DNA of 63,785 nucleotides, filler included, from Nemertoderma westbladi (taxonomy: Eukaryota; Animalia; Xenacoelomorpha), in assembly GCA_032718475.1 (NCBI GenBank). It is 3 parts of 3 records of this genome, joined end to end, with 100 filler letters (N's around TTAATTAATTAA, not from the genome) between each part and the next. Parts side by side here need not be neighbours in the genome. Positions count along the whole stretch, not along the records: positions 1 to 29,266 come from JAUCBJ010005933.1; 2 more parts are not named here. One strand, written 5' to 3'. The position numbers and the translations under genes are program-made. Below the pieces are notes generated by a model. That model was not told where the DNA came from and made no database searches. It worked only from the letters and a program-made list of their open reading frames with translations. Shown in pieces: positions 11,801 through 24,733 of this stretch. The number at the start of each line of letters is the position of its first letter. The stretch's first letter is position 1.

Positions 11801-13282
11801 AACATATTAAGTTAGGGGGGGGGGGGGGGGGTTGCGATCTTTGTCAGGTGATCAAAGTAGTATTATACTTAATTATATTTAATATATATGTAATATATAT
11901 AATGCAGCTGCAATGCAGCACTCCGATAGCAGTAGTAGTATTTCCTAGACGAGCGCCAAGGTTAGAGTAACTCACCACACCCATTGATTCTCTATCAAAT
12001 TGAAATCCACATAAAAGACTATTAAGAACAGCACTAAACATCATCACATGACTTATGCTGAGATTTATTGTCAAATACCATGAGTGTTGGAGACAGGCGA
12101 TGAATATATATCCTGGGTGTTATATCCTTGGTTATCTTACAGTATGGGAAACTTCCGTTAAGATTATTGGTTCCCATGACCTGAGTCATATTCGGGGAAC
12201 ATAGTCACGGATTTTAATGAATTATAATCGATTTCTACGTACACACACCCCCTTCTTGTATAAAGATGACAAACATTACATTACAGAGATATTTGCGATA
12301 GATAATATCTCCCTTGGAACACACAGCCCATTAATTAGTGAACTAAATGGTAACACCCATATTTGTAGAAGTAAAGTTCAGTTGTTACCTAACCATAAAA
12401 AAGGCTGATAAACGGCTGTGTGTCAGTCAGTATACCTTACGAGTACTTAATCACAGTGTCGCAGAATCGCTACAATTTATTCAGCTCCAAATATCCTGAC
12501 GAAAGACAAAATTTATCTACAAATAAATGTAAGTTTGTAATCTAATTGCGTTGCCTTATGTTATACATATAAAGTAGCAAAGGTGTAGAAATATTTTTGT
12601 AGAAATAGATACATTTTTAATAATATATTTTCTCCTGAACATCTTATATTAAATCTTTCACCAACATTATTAATGTTGCTTCATAAACATACAACAACAT
12701 TCCAGTCACAGTGTGACCGTACACTTAATCAGGTTATACAGTATAAATAACTAGACCAATTATCTGTCTGTTCGTACATAATTAGACCAGCCAGCTGTCT
12801 CTATGTACGTACATAAAGTACATACGGAGATTTACCATCCGCAATAATTTTTATTGTCCGTTTAAATCCTTTTTTTGTCCTTTATTTTTTATTTTTTATG
12901 TCCTCCAAAAGTCTAATGTTAGGTTCCATGCTACCGGTTTCTCTACTGCTGTTCTCTCAGGCTATCAGTACCGGTATTAGTATATAAAGCACTATTTTGC
13001 TGTATTATGTATGTACAGATGTAGGTATAAAGCAGGTATTTCTGTATTTTAGTACCGGTACCGGCACCGGTACTGCTATAGGCCTACTGTGTAGCCCACC
13101 ATTTAAATACGGTAATGGTAGGCCTACCGGTTGTGCTAATAAATTTTAAATAATTGATAGGCCAAACTGGATTGCAGGATTGTGGAAAATGTGGATATAC
13201 CTTTCACATAATTTAGGCCTATTACTGTATTAGTTTTATAATCAATAATGGATCATGACTACTGTCTGAGTAGTGTTACGGA

Positions 13283-14200
13283 TAACCTACTCCTTTCCCT
13301 GATTTGGTAAAGTGACTGTTTATTGTTTTGGTTAGAAAATCCGGCCTTAACCTGCTCCTTTCCCTCAATTAGTTAAGTGATCGTTTATTGTTTAGGTTAG
13401 AAAATCCCGCCTCTGTAACCTGCTCCTTTTCGTCAATTGGTAATGTTATCGTTTATTGTTTTGGTTAGAAAATCCCGCCTCTATAACCTGCTCCTTTCTC
13501 TCAATTGGTAATGTTATCGTTTATTGTTTTGGTTAGAAAATCCCGTCTCTTTAACCTGCTCCTTTCCCTCAATTAGTTAAATGATCGTTTATTGTTTTGG
13601 TTAGAAAATCCCACCTCTGTAACCTGCCCCTTTCCCTCAATTAGTTAAATGATCGTATATTGTTTTGGTTAGAAAAATCCCGCCTCTGTAACCTGCTCCT
13701 TTCCCTGAATTGGTAAAGTGACCGTTTATTGTTTTGGTTAGAAAGGCCCGCCTCCTCTGTAACCTGCCCCTTTCCCTCAATTAGTTAAATGATCGTTTAT
13801 TGTTTTGGTTAGAAAATCCCGCCTCTGTAACCTGCTCCTTTCCCTCAATTAGTTAAGTGATCGTTTGTTGTTTTGGTTAGAAAATTCCGCCTCTGTAACC
13901 TGTCCCTTTCCCTCAATTAGTTAAATGATCGTTTATTGATTTGGTTAGAAAATCCCGCCTCTGTAACCTGCTCCTTTCCCTCAATAAGTTAAGTGATCGT
14001 TTATTGTTTTGGTTAGAAAATCCCGCCTCTGTAACCTGCTCCTTTCCCTCAATTAGTTAAGTGATCGTTTATTGTTTTGGTTAGAAAATCCCGTCTCTGT
14101 AACCTGCTCCTTTCCCTGATTTGGTAAAGTGACTGTTTATTGTTTTGGTTAGAAAACTCGGCCTTAACCTGCTCCTTTCCATCAATTGGTAATTGTTTTT
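13283..14200. repeat. Tandem repeat, about 68-bp unit, about 13 copies
   Basis: Unit GTTTATTGTTTTGGTTAGAAAATCCCGCCTCTGTAACCTGCTCCTTTCCCTCAATTAGTTAAGTGATC; period 13451 to 13519. Confidence 0.95.
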
Positions 14201-15564
14201 GGCTATAAAATGAGTGTTTTGCTACGTCATGTGGTAATCGAATATCGACAACAACCACAAACTATTAAATATAGAGTCTTTTTACCACAGGCGCATATGG
14301 AAATCTATCTCATAGTCTATAAATCATGGAATCATGGAATGTTTTGGCACAGGCATAGTGAAATCAACTGTCTGACAGTCCATAAATCAGCAGTCTGACA
14401 GTTTGAAGAAATACATACATAAAAAGTCATTAAAAGGACAATAAAAGACATTAAAAGGACAACAAAAGTCATTATGCATAATAGTAAAAAAAAAAATGAC
14501 AAAAAAAGTCAAATAAAAGGACATAAAAAATCACTGCCTTTACCATCAGTATGTACGTAGATACCAAAACAGAACATCAATCTTTACATACATAGATACC
14601 TACTGTCATTATTACTAAACCATAATTACTATCGGCTTGTAATATTATTATTTTAGGTTGATCAGCGATACAGAAGATCAAATTCTAAGTGAATATAGAC
14701 GAACCTCCCCAGTTACCAACGTTCCTTCTCGTTCCATCCAATAACCTTCAGTTCCAGAACTTAATAATTGTAAATCAACCCATTGTAAGTTATACTTTTG
14801 TTATATATTATAATGTGAGCCGTATTTTAGTTTTTGTGATATTTATGTTCCCGAGATATTCATTGATATTTCGATAGTAAACAATACCCTTCTGGTGGGT
14901 TTGGACGCAGAGTGGAGGCAGTTAGTTTGTAATGAATTATTTTACATTTTTTACATATTTTTTTTAATATATGTACGAGAATTATTTTATTTATTTAATA
15001 TCGGCGAATAGGAGTCAGCATGGAATGAAGAAATTGCATTGAATTTGGTAAGATAAACCTATTTTTGTAATCCATTTCTGTAATGATCTGTTTCGGAAGT
15101 AACCAAACCAATAGACACGGCGGTACGTATCATTTACCTTTACCGCAAACAAATTATTCCGTTAAAAATGAGTGTAAATGTTAGACCAAAACTCTATGTT
15201 GTCTATGATGATATATGTAAGCCGACCACTTGCGACTTACTCATAAAGAGTAAGTTTATTATTCTTTTATTACTTCTATTCTATTATACTTTATTATTCA
15301 TATATACTAGTTAACAGATTCAAAATAATTTAAATAGACATTAAATATATAATTAATAGTAAATAGTAATAACTGGCCAACTATATAGTACGTAGTTATA
15401 CCAATTAACCAATCAAATGCTGTACATGATAATGAGGGACAGTAATTAGGGTAGACGCATTGCTATTGGATTCATATAGCCGACCATTATTGCGTCGATT
15501 TTCCCCTGGAGAGGATAACATTTTTCTTGCGTCGAAAGTTCCCCGACTATCTGATAATAGAAAA

Positions 15565-16620
15565 TGCCGTAGGGCTGTTAGTTCTACATGCCGCAGTGCT
15601 GTTATTCACACATGCTGCAGTGTTGTTAGTTCTACATGCCGTAGTGCTGTTATTCACACATGCTGCTGTGTTGTTAGTTCTACATGCCGTAGTGCTGTTA
15701 TTCACACATGCTGCAGTGTTGTTAGTTCTACATGCCGTAGTGCTGTTATTCACACATGCTGCAGTGTTGTTAGTTCTACATGCCGTAGTGCTGTTATTCA
15801 CACATGCTGCAGTGTTGTTAGTTCGACATGCCGTAGTGCTGTTATTCACACATGCTGCAGTGTTGTTAGTTCTACATGCGTAGTGCTGTTATTCACACAT
15901 GCTGCAGTGTTGTTAGTTCTACATGCCGTAGTGCTGTTATTCACACATGCTGCAGTGTTGTTAGTTCTACATGCCGCAGTGCTGTTATTCACACATGCTG
16001 CAGGGTTGTTAGTTCAACATGCCGTAGTGCTGTTATTCACACATGCTGCAGGGTTGTTAGTTCTACATGCGTAGTGCTGTTATTCACACATGCTGCAGTG
16101 TTGTTAGTTCTACATGCCGTAGTGCTGCTATTCACACATGCTGCAGTGTTGTCAGTTCTACTTGCCGCAGTTCTGTTATTCACACATACTGCAGTGTTGA
16201 TAGTTCTACATGCCGTAATGCTGTTATTCAAACATGCTGCAGTGTTGTTAGTACTACATGCCGTAGTGCTGTTATTCAAACATACTGCAGTGTTGTTAGT
16301 TCTACATGCCGTAGTGCTGTTATTCACACAAGCTGCAGTGTTGTTAGTTCTACATGCCGTAATGCTGTTATTCAAACATGCTGCAGTGTTGTTAGTACTA
16401 CATGCCATAGTGCTGTTATTCACACATGCTGCAGTGTTGTTAGTTCTACATGCCGTAGTGCTGTTATTCACACATGCTGCAGGGTTGTTAGTTCAACATG
16501 CCGTAGTGCTGTTATTCACACATGCTGCAGGGTTGTTAGTTCTACATGCGTAGTGCTGTTATTCACACATGCTGCAGTGTTGTTAGTTCTACATGCCGTA
16601 GTGCTGTTATTCACACATGC
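15565..16620. repeat. Tandem repeat, 48-bp unit made of two diverged 24-mers, about 22 copies
   Basis: GTAGTGCTGTTATTCACACATGCT + GCAGTGTTGTTAGTTCTACATGCC; occasional 1-bp deletions shift the frame. Confidence 0.97.
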
Positions 16621-16624
16621 TTGA

Positions 16625-19170
16625 TAGGCCACTAGGGGGATGTAGCCTGGGTCTCTCCGGTCTGTCGTTGACTTAGGTTTGTTAGTGCTGAGGTGGGATG
16701 CTGGCCAAGGAATGGTGCAACCTTCGCCCGCATCCAAACTTCGCCCGGTGAAAACTTCGCCCGCTCCTTTTTAGATTTAATGCGGGCGTAGCTTTCTCAC
16801 GGGCTAATTTTGCTGCATACTATGGCCAACTGGGGAGATGTAGTCTGGGTCTCTCCTGTCTGACATTCACCGGGGTTGTGAGGGCCGAGGTGGGATGCCG
16901 GCCTACTGGGGAGATGTAGTCTGGGTCTCTCCTGTCTGACATTCACCGGGGTTGTACGGGCCGCGTTGAGATGCTGGCCAACTGGGGAGATGTAGTCTGG
17001 GTCTCTCCTGTCTGACATTGACCGGGGTTGTGAGGGCCGAGGTGGGATGCTGGCCAACTGGAGAGATGTAGTCTGGGTCTCTCCTGTCCGACATTCACCG
17101 GGGTTGTGAGGGCCGCGGTGGGATGCTGGCCAACTTTGGAGATGTAGTCTGGGTCTCTCCTGTCTGACATTCACCGGGGTTGTGAGGGCCTAGGTGGGAT
17201 GCTGGCCAACTAGAGGGATGTAGTCTGGGTCTCTCCTGTCCGACATTCACCGGGGTTGTGAGGGCCGCGGTGGGATGCCGGCCTACTGGGGAGATGTAGT
17301 GTGTGTCTCTTCTGTCTGACATTCACCGGGGTTGTACGGGCCGCGTTGAGATGCTAGCCAACTGGGGAGATGTAGTCTGGGTCTCGCCTGTCTGACATTC
17401 ACCGGAGTTGTAAGGGCCGCGTTGGGATGCTGGCCAACTGGGGAGATGTAGTCTGGGTCTCTTCTGTCTGACATTCACCGGGGTTGTACGGGCCGCGTTG
17501 AGATGCTGGCCAACTGGGGAGATGTAGTCTGGGTCTCTCCTGTGTGACATTGACCGGGGTTGTGAGGGCCGAGGTGGGATGCTGGCCAACTAGAGGGATG
17601 TAGTCTGGGTCTCTCCTGTCTGACATTCACCGGGGGTTGTGAGGGCCGCGGTGGGATGCTGGCCAACTAGAGAGATGTGGTCTATGTCTCTCCAGTCTAA
17701 CATTCACCGGGGTTGTGAGGGCCGAGGTGGGATGCTGGCCAACTGGGGTTATGTATAGGGGTTGTGAGTGCCGCGGTGGGATGCTGGCAAACTGGGGAGA
17801 TGTAGTCTGGGTCTCTCCTGTCCGAAATTTACCGGGGTTGTGAGGGCCGCGGTGGGATGCTGGCCAACTAGAGAGATGTAGTCTGGGTCTCTCCTGTCTG
17901 ACATTGACCGGGGTTGAGAGGGCCGAGGTGGGATGCTGGCCAACTAGAGGGATGTAGTCTGGGTCTCTCCTGTCTGACATTCACCGGAGTTGTAAGGGCC
18001 GCGTTGGGATGCTGGCCAACTGGGGAGATGTAGTCTGGGTCTCTCCTGTCTGACATTCACCGGGGTTGTACGGGCCGCGTTGAGATGCTGGCCAACTGGG
18101 GAGATGTAGTCTGGATCTCTCCTGTCTGACATTGACCGGGGTTCTGAGGGCCGAGGTGGGATGCTGGCCAACTGGAGAGATGTAGTCTGGGTCTCTCCTG
18201 TCTGACATTCACCGGGGTTGTGAGGGCCGAGGTGGGATGCCGGCCTACTGGGGAGATGTAGTCTGTATCTCTCCTGTCTGACATTCACCGGGGTTGGGTG
18301 TACGGGCCGTGTTGAGATGCTGGCCAACTGGGGAGATGTAGTCTGGGTCTCTCCTGTCTGACATTCACCGGAGTTGTAAGGGCCGCGTTGGGATGCTGGC
18401 CAACTGGGGAGATGTAGTCTGGGTCTCTTCTGTCTGACATTCACCGGGGTTGTACGGGCCGAGGTGGGATGCTGGCCAACTAGAGGGATGTAGTCTGGGT
18501 CTCTCCTGTCTGACATTCACCGGGGTTGTGAGGGCCGCGGTGGGATGCTGGCCAACTAGAGAGATATGGTCTGTGTCTCTCCTGTCTAACATTCACCGGG
18601 GTTGTGAGGGCCGAGGTGGGATGCTGGCCAACTGGGGTTATGTATAGGGGTTGTGAGTGCCGCGGTGGGATGCTGGCAAACTGGGGAGATGTAGTCTGGG
18701 TCTCTCCTGTCCGCCATTACCGGGGCTGTGAGGGCCGAGGTGGGATGCTGGCCAACTAGAGAGATGTAGTCTGGGTCTCTCCTGTCTGACATTCACCGGG
18801 GTTGTGAGGGCCGAGGTGGGATGCCGGCCTACTGGGGAGATGTAGTCTGGGTCTCTCCTGTCTGACATTCACCGGAGTTGTAAAGGCCGCGTTGGGATGC
18901 TGGCCAACTGGGGAGATGTAGTCTGGGTCTCTCCTGTCCGACATTCACCGGAGTTGTAAGGGCCGCGTTGGGATGCTGGCCAACTGGGGAGATGTAGTCT
19001 GGGTCTCTCCTGTCCGACATTCACCGGAGTTGTAAGGGCCGCGTTGGGATGCTGGCCAACTGGGGAGATGTAGTCTGGTCTCTCCTGTCTGACATTCACC
19101 GGGGTTGTGAGAGCCGAGGTGGGATGCTAGCCAACTGGAGAGTTGTAGTCAGGGTCTCTCCAGTCTGACG
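16625..19170. repeat. GC-rich tandem repeat, 76-bp unit, about 30 copies, interrupted near the left end by a small IR element
   Basis: Unit GGCCAACTGGGGAGATGTAGTCTGGGTCTCTCCTGTCTGACATTCACCGGGGTTGTGAGGGCCGAGGTGGGATGCT; diverged first copy at 16625-16710. Confidence 0.97.
16713..16820. mobile_element. Small degenerate MITE with CTTCGCCCG terminal repeats, related to 60762-60903
   Basis: GGTGCAACCTTCGCCCG plus two AAACTTCGCCCG on the left; degenerate inverted CGGGCGTAGCT / CGGGCTAATTTTGC on the right. Confidence 0.5.
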
Positions 19171-20594
19171 AAGACTGAAGAAGAAATGATAGGCAGCCAA
19201 CCAGGAATTGGACGACGCCAGTGGGCCACTTGCTTTCCTATTTCTCCATCCTCCACTGATGGCCAGACCAATGAATTATTTGCGACGAGAACCATATTTA
19301 ACAGTATGATGTTTTGTTAATGAGTTGGCTGTCGGGACAGTTACAGCACCATGATTGCCAGTCCACAGGGTGAGCTTCTAGTAGGTCCACCACTTGTTGG
19401 TGTCATCTGCAGTTACATTGACTGTAACATGGTCTAACGTGGTAACGTGTTCTAACATTGACTGTAGCAAATTGGCCAGACCATGTCCTGTGCATCTTTG
19501 CCAATACTAAGCTGAAACTACCAACACCAACACTATAAGTTAGCTACTTCATTTAAGATTTATGAGACTTTATTTAATTTGCAAATACTGTCGCATTATT
19601 CCAGGAAAATATTTTATGCAAATTAACACGCCGAGAAACAATAAAGGCTCCTTAACCAACCAACAACACCTATACAAACACAAACATTAAACAGATTTTA
19701 GCTCTAAACATTTTAAATACGGATTATTACACGTTCGTGGGGCCTTCGCGCAGCACGAGGCTAAGTTATCAGATACAGATTCAAATTGAGCAATTCTATC
19801 CCAAAATCGGTACTTAAGAAATTTAAATAAATAAATAAGAAATTTAATCAAACTGCCAATAAGAATAAATCTCTTAATCTGCACCACGCACCCCAAACCA
19901 AAGGAGCACAGAGGATTAATGAAAGGCAGAGGTATTAACAGGAAATTTGTGTTTTAAAAGTAATATATTTTTAGGTGTGGAGGCAACCAAATATGTAAAA
20001 ATTATTAAAACTTACCTTATGCCGATAGTATTGATACTGAAATATTGATTTATAAGGTCAACACCTCAACTTAATTATTTAGCTAATGATTCTAAAGAAT
20101 ATGATTAAATACTCCAGGCAAGGATGTTATTACGTTACGTTGCGGTATCTTTTCAGGAATACCGTAGCTCAATATTTTTCCGTAACGTAATAGCTTTTTC
20201 AATACCGTAACGTAATATAACTGTATATTTTTGCCGTAAACCGTAACGTAATAGCGTAATATTTGTTTTATCTACCAAGCAATCATTTTGGAAAAAAAAG
20301 ACCGACATACATCGTACAATACTTTACCACATCGTACTAACTGTACCAAACCACCATATACTGTACTGTACCGTAACCATACCGCCATACCTCGTACAAT
20401 AATTTACCATATCGTACTAAACTGTACCAAACCACCATATACTGTACTGTACTGTACCGTAACCATACCGACATACCTCGTACAATAATTTACCATATCG
20501 TACTAAACTGTACCAAACCACCATATACTGTACTGTACTGTACCGTAACCATACCGACATACCTCGTACAATACTTTACCATATCGTACTTTAC

Positions 20595-20931
20595 CAGTAG
20601 TTTACCACCAATATTTTCTCTGCTTTCGGCGGAATGGCACCAGCTGCCCATCAGGTTGTCAAACGAGTGGCAGTCACCGACTCATCGATCCGGTTGGCTA
20701 ATGCGGACTCAGACCCTGGGGTGTTGGCGCAGTTCGGTAGGGTGGGGTAAATACAGTAGTATGCTCCATACACCGTAGAGACGGTTTCTGTGTTGGGGCA
20801 GGCAAAGGATTTCATTTTAAATTTCCCTCCTACATTGGTTGCCTAGTAACGTTGGCTGGTGGTGGGTATTGGTTAACATTAACGTTTTATTATCTATGTG
20901 AATAAATGAGACTTAAAGAGTAAAAAAAAAA
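20595..20931 (+). mobile_element. 5'-truncated poly(A)-tailed CRE-like non-LTR retrotransposon 3' end, inside the satellite
   Basis: Translates FTTNIFSAFGGMAPAAHQVVKRVA, resembling the FTP..FS..GGM...A....KRLA motif of CRE-type RLE domains; AATAAA and an A-tail at 20922-20931. Confidence 0.6.
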
Positions 20932-21491
20932 CCACCATATACTGTACTGTACCGTAACCATACCGACATACCTCGTACAATAATGTACCATATCGTACTG
21001 AACTGTACCAAACCACCATATACTGTACTGTACCGTACCATACCGACATACCTCGTACAATACTTTACCACATCATACTAAACTACCAAACCACCATATA
21101 CTGTACTGTACCGTACCATACCGACATACCTCGTACAATACTTTACCACATCATACTAAACTGTACCAAACCACCATATACTGTACTGTACCGTAACCAT
21201 ACCGACATACCTCGTACAATATTTTACCATATCGTACTAAACTGTACCAAACCACCATATACTGTACTGTACCGTGACCATACCGACATACCTCGTACAA
21301 TACTTTACCATATCGTACTAAACTGTACCATACCACCATATACCTTACTGTACCGTACCATAACGTAACCATACCGTACCAAACCACCATATACTGTACT
21401 GTACCGTAACTATACCGGCATACTTCGTACAATACTTTACCATATCATACTAAACTGTACCAAACCACCATATATTTTACTGTACCGTACC

Positions 21492-21709
21492 GACTCTGAG
21501 CCGTAGCCTGGTAGTACAGCGCATGCAGTCGTACAGGCCTACAATAGCTGACCAGTAGGCCTACAACATAAACAACCAACTGTTTTGAATTTCCCCCTTA
21601 CATCCGTATCACTGTACCTCATTGTATAAATCAGATTTGGTGATAGGGTGTAATAGTGCAATTTGAAATCCATTGTATCAACTATGTTATTATACTATCA
21701 TTCTCACCC

Positions 21710-21738
<29 letters not shown>
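21492..21738 (+). mobile_element. Poly(A)-tailed retroposed fragment inside the satellite, family unknown
   Basis: Non-satellite sequence ending in a long A-tract, with satellite on both sides. Confidence 0.55.
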
Positions 21739-21741
<3 letters not shown>

Positions 21742-23730
21742 CGTACTATATTGTACCAAACCATAATATACTGTACTGTACCGTAACCGTACCATACCAT
21801 ACCGACATACCTCGTACAATACTTTACCATATCGTACTAAACTGTACCAAACCACCATATACTGTACCGTACCATAACGTAACCATACCATACCAAACCA
21901 CCATATACTGTACTGTACCGTAACCATACCGGCATACTTCGTACAATACTTTACCATACTGTATCATACTAAACTGTACCAAACCACCATATATTGTACT
22001 GTACCGTACCATACCATACCGACATACCTCGTACAATACTTTACCATATCGTACTAAACTGTACCAAACCACCATATACTGTACTGTACCGTACCATACC
22101 GATATACCTCGTACAATACTTTACCACATCGTACTAAACTGTACCAAACCACCATATACTGTACTGTACCGTACCATACCGACATACCTCGTACAATACT
22201 TTACCACATCGTACTAAACTGTACCAAACCACCATATACTGTACTGTACCGTACCATACCATACCGACATACCTCGTACAATACTTTACCATATCGTACT
22301 AAACTGTACCAAACCACCATATACTGTACTGTACCGTACCATAACGTAACCATACCGTACCAAACCACCATATACTGTACCGTACCATACCATACCGACA
22401 TACCTCGTACAATACTTTACCATATCGTACTAAACTGTACCAAACCACCATATACTGTACCGTACCATACCATACCGACATACCTCGTACAATACTTTAC
22501 CACATCGTACTAAACTGTACCAAACCACCATATACTGTACTGTACCGTACCATACCGACATACCTCGTACAATACTTTACCACATCGTACTAAACTGTAC
22601 CAAACCACCATATACTGTACTGTACCGTACCATAACGTAACCATACCGTACCAAACCACCATATACTGTACCGTACCATACCATACCGACATACCTCGTA
22701 CAATACTTTACCATATCGTACTAAACTGTAACAAACCACCATATACTGTACTGTACCGTACCATACCGACATACCTCGTACAATACTTTACCACATCGTA
22801 CTAAACTGTACCAAACCACCATATACTGTACTGTACCATACCATACCGACATACCTCGTACAATACTTTACCATATCGTACTAAACTGTACCAAACCACC
22901 ATATACTGTACTGTACCGTACCATAACGTAACCATACCGTACCAAACCATCATATATACTGTACCGTACCATACCATACCGACATACCTCGTACAATACT
23001 TTACCATATCGTACTAAACTGTACCAAACCACCATATACTGTACCGTACCATACCATACCGACATACCTCGTACAATACTTTACCATATCGTACTAAACT
23101 GTACCAAACCACCATATACTGTACTGTACCGTACCATACCGACATACCTCGTACAATACTTTACCACATCGTACTAAACTGTACCAAACAACCATATACT
23201 GTACTGTACCGTACCATACCGACATACCTCGTACAATACTTTACCACATCGTACTAAACTGTACCAAACCTCCATATACTGTACTGTACCGTACCATACC
23301 ATACCGACATACCTCGTACAATACTTTACCATATCGTACTAAACTGTACCAAACCACCATATACTGTACTGTACCGTACCATAACGTAACCATACCGTAC
23401 CAAACCACCATATACTGTACCGTACCATACCATACCGACATACCTCGTACAATACTTTACCATATCGTACTAAACTGTACCAAACCACCATATATTGTAC
23501 TGTACCGTACCATACCATCCCGACATACCTCGTACAATACTTTACCATATCGTACTAAACTGTACCAAACCACCATATATTGTACTGTACCGTACCATAC
23601 CATACCGACATACCTCGTACAATACTTTACCATATCGTACTAAACTGTACCAAACCACCATATATTGTACTGTACCGTACCATACCATACCGACATAGCT
23701 CGTACAATACTTTACCATATCGTACTAAAC

Positions 23731-24055
23731 TTTTTTTTTTTTTTTTACTCAATAGTCTCCATATATTATAATATTAACAAACAATAATTCGAATATAAAA
23801 ACGCACAAAAACAAGTACAAATATAACCCACCACCAGCTGATTCAAACTGTTACCTAGCAACAATACAAACAATACAAATTGGTTCAGTACCCATCACTA
23901 GTCTGCAAGGCGTTCTTAACTAAAGGCCATGCAACCGTGCAGCACTGAAGGCTGACTGGAGGCTGACCACATTAACTGAATTTTACATCTTGGAGTCCCT
24001 CTTTCATCAATTTAAACCTATGCAGCTGGTTCGTAACAATGGAATATCCATTAAA
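23731..24055 (-). mobile_element. Second CRE-like 3' end with poly(A) tail, related to 20595-20931
   Basis: Poly(T) from 23731; minus-strand 3' UTR shares GCTGGTGGTGGGT and GAGACT...GAGT-poly(A) with the first copy; residual PLLRTSCIGL. Confidence 0.55.
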
Positions 24056-24133
24056 ACGTTAAATTGAAATGTGAAATATGGAAAAAATATCGAATATTAA
24101 CAATTTTATAAATGGAAGATAATATCGGTTATA

Positions 24134-24533
24134 TCTATATATAAATAAAGAGAAGAGTATGTCTGTCTGTTCACGTTTTTCTCCAGAACTACTGACCCCA
24201 GAGGGCTGAAATTTTGTCCACAGGGGTATCATGACCCGGCGGGTAACATAGGCTATGTGGCTTTGGGGTAGGGGGTGTGGCACTGTCTGTCACTATGGCA
24301 ACCGTTGCTATGGGCCATTATTTCGGGTACCAATGATCGTACAGACCTAGGATCAAAACCTACCCCTACTATATCGACCCAGAGCAATTACATGGAATGA
24401 CTTTAAAGACCCTGTTACCATGGCATCCGTTGTCATGGGACGTTATTTCGGGGACTAAAGGGAATTTAAACTGCGAGCGCGATTCTGCCCATCGCGCCGA
24501 GCGGATGCCGGCGAAGCCGGCCATCCCAGCTAG
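24134..24533 (+). mobile_element. Non-autonomous Helitron (400 bp)
   Basis: A|TCTATATATAAA 5' end; subterminal hairpin GGATGCCGGC-GAA-GCCGGCCATCC; CTAG|T 3' end; inserted between A and T with no TSD. Confidence 0.85.
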
Positions 24534-24733
24534 TATTATAATATAACCGAACGTAGCACATGCAAATACATTAAACGATAATTACTAACACGGACCGTAT
24601 ATTATACAGCTATCCACATTATTTATCACATATATTTATTTATAAATTAAGCGTACAGTAGCACAAATGTGATTTAGGTTACCGTAGCACAATTATGCGA
24701 TTTAAGTTAAGTATATAGCACAAATGGAGTTTT

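Larger units (their letters stand above)
20301..23730. repeat. Complex satellite, about 80-bp unit built from pentamers (CCATA/CCGTA/CTGTA/TCGTA), with retro-insertions
   Basis: Unit CCATACCGACATACCTCGTACAATACTTTACCAYATCGTACTAAACTGTACCAAACCACCATATACTGTACTGTACCGTA; period 22101 to 22181; length variants mostly in steps of 5 bp. Confidence 0.95.

Noticed and set aside
15460-16624. Cys-rich CRSAVIHTCCSVVSST repeat protein
   Set aside because: Satellite translation; 1-bp deletions shift frames and several frames are open
16797-19099. 76-bp unit as a tRNA array or as many short ORFs
   Set aside because: No T-loop GTTCGA motif or cloverleaf; the ORFs simply cycle through frames because 76 is not a multiple of 3
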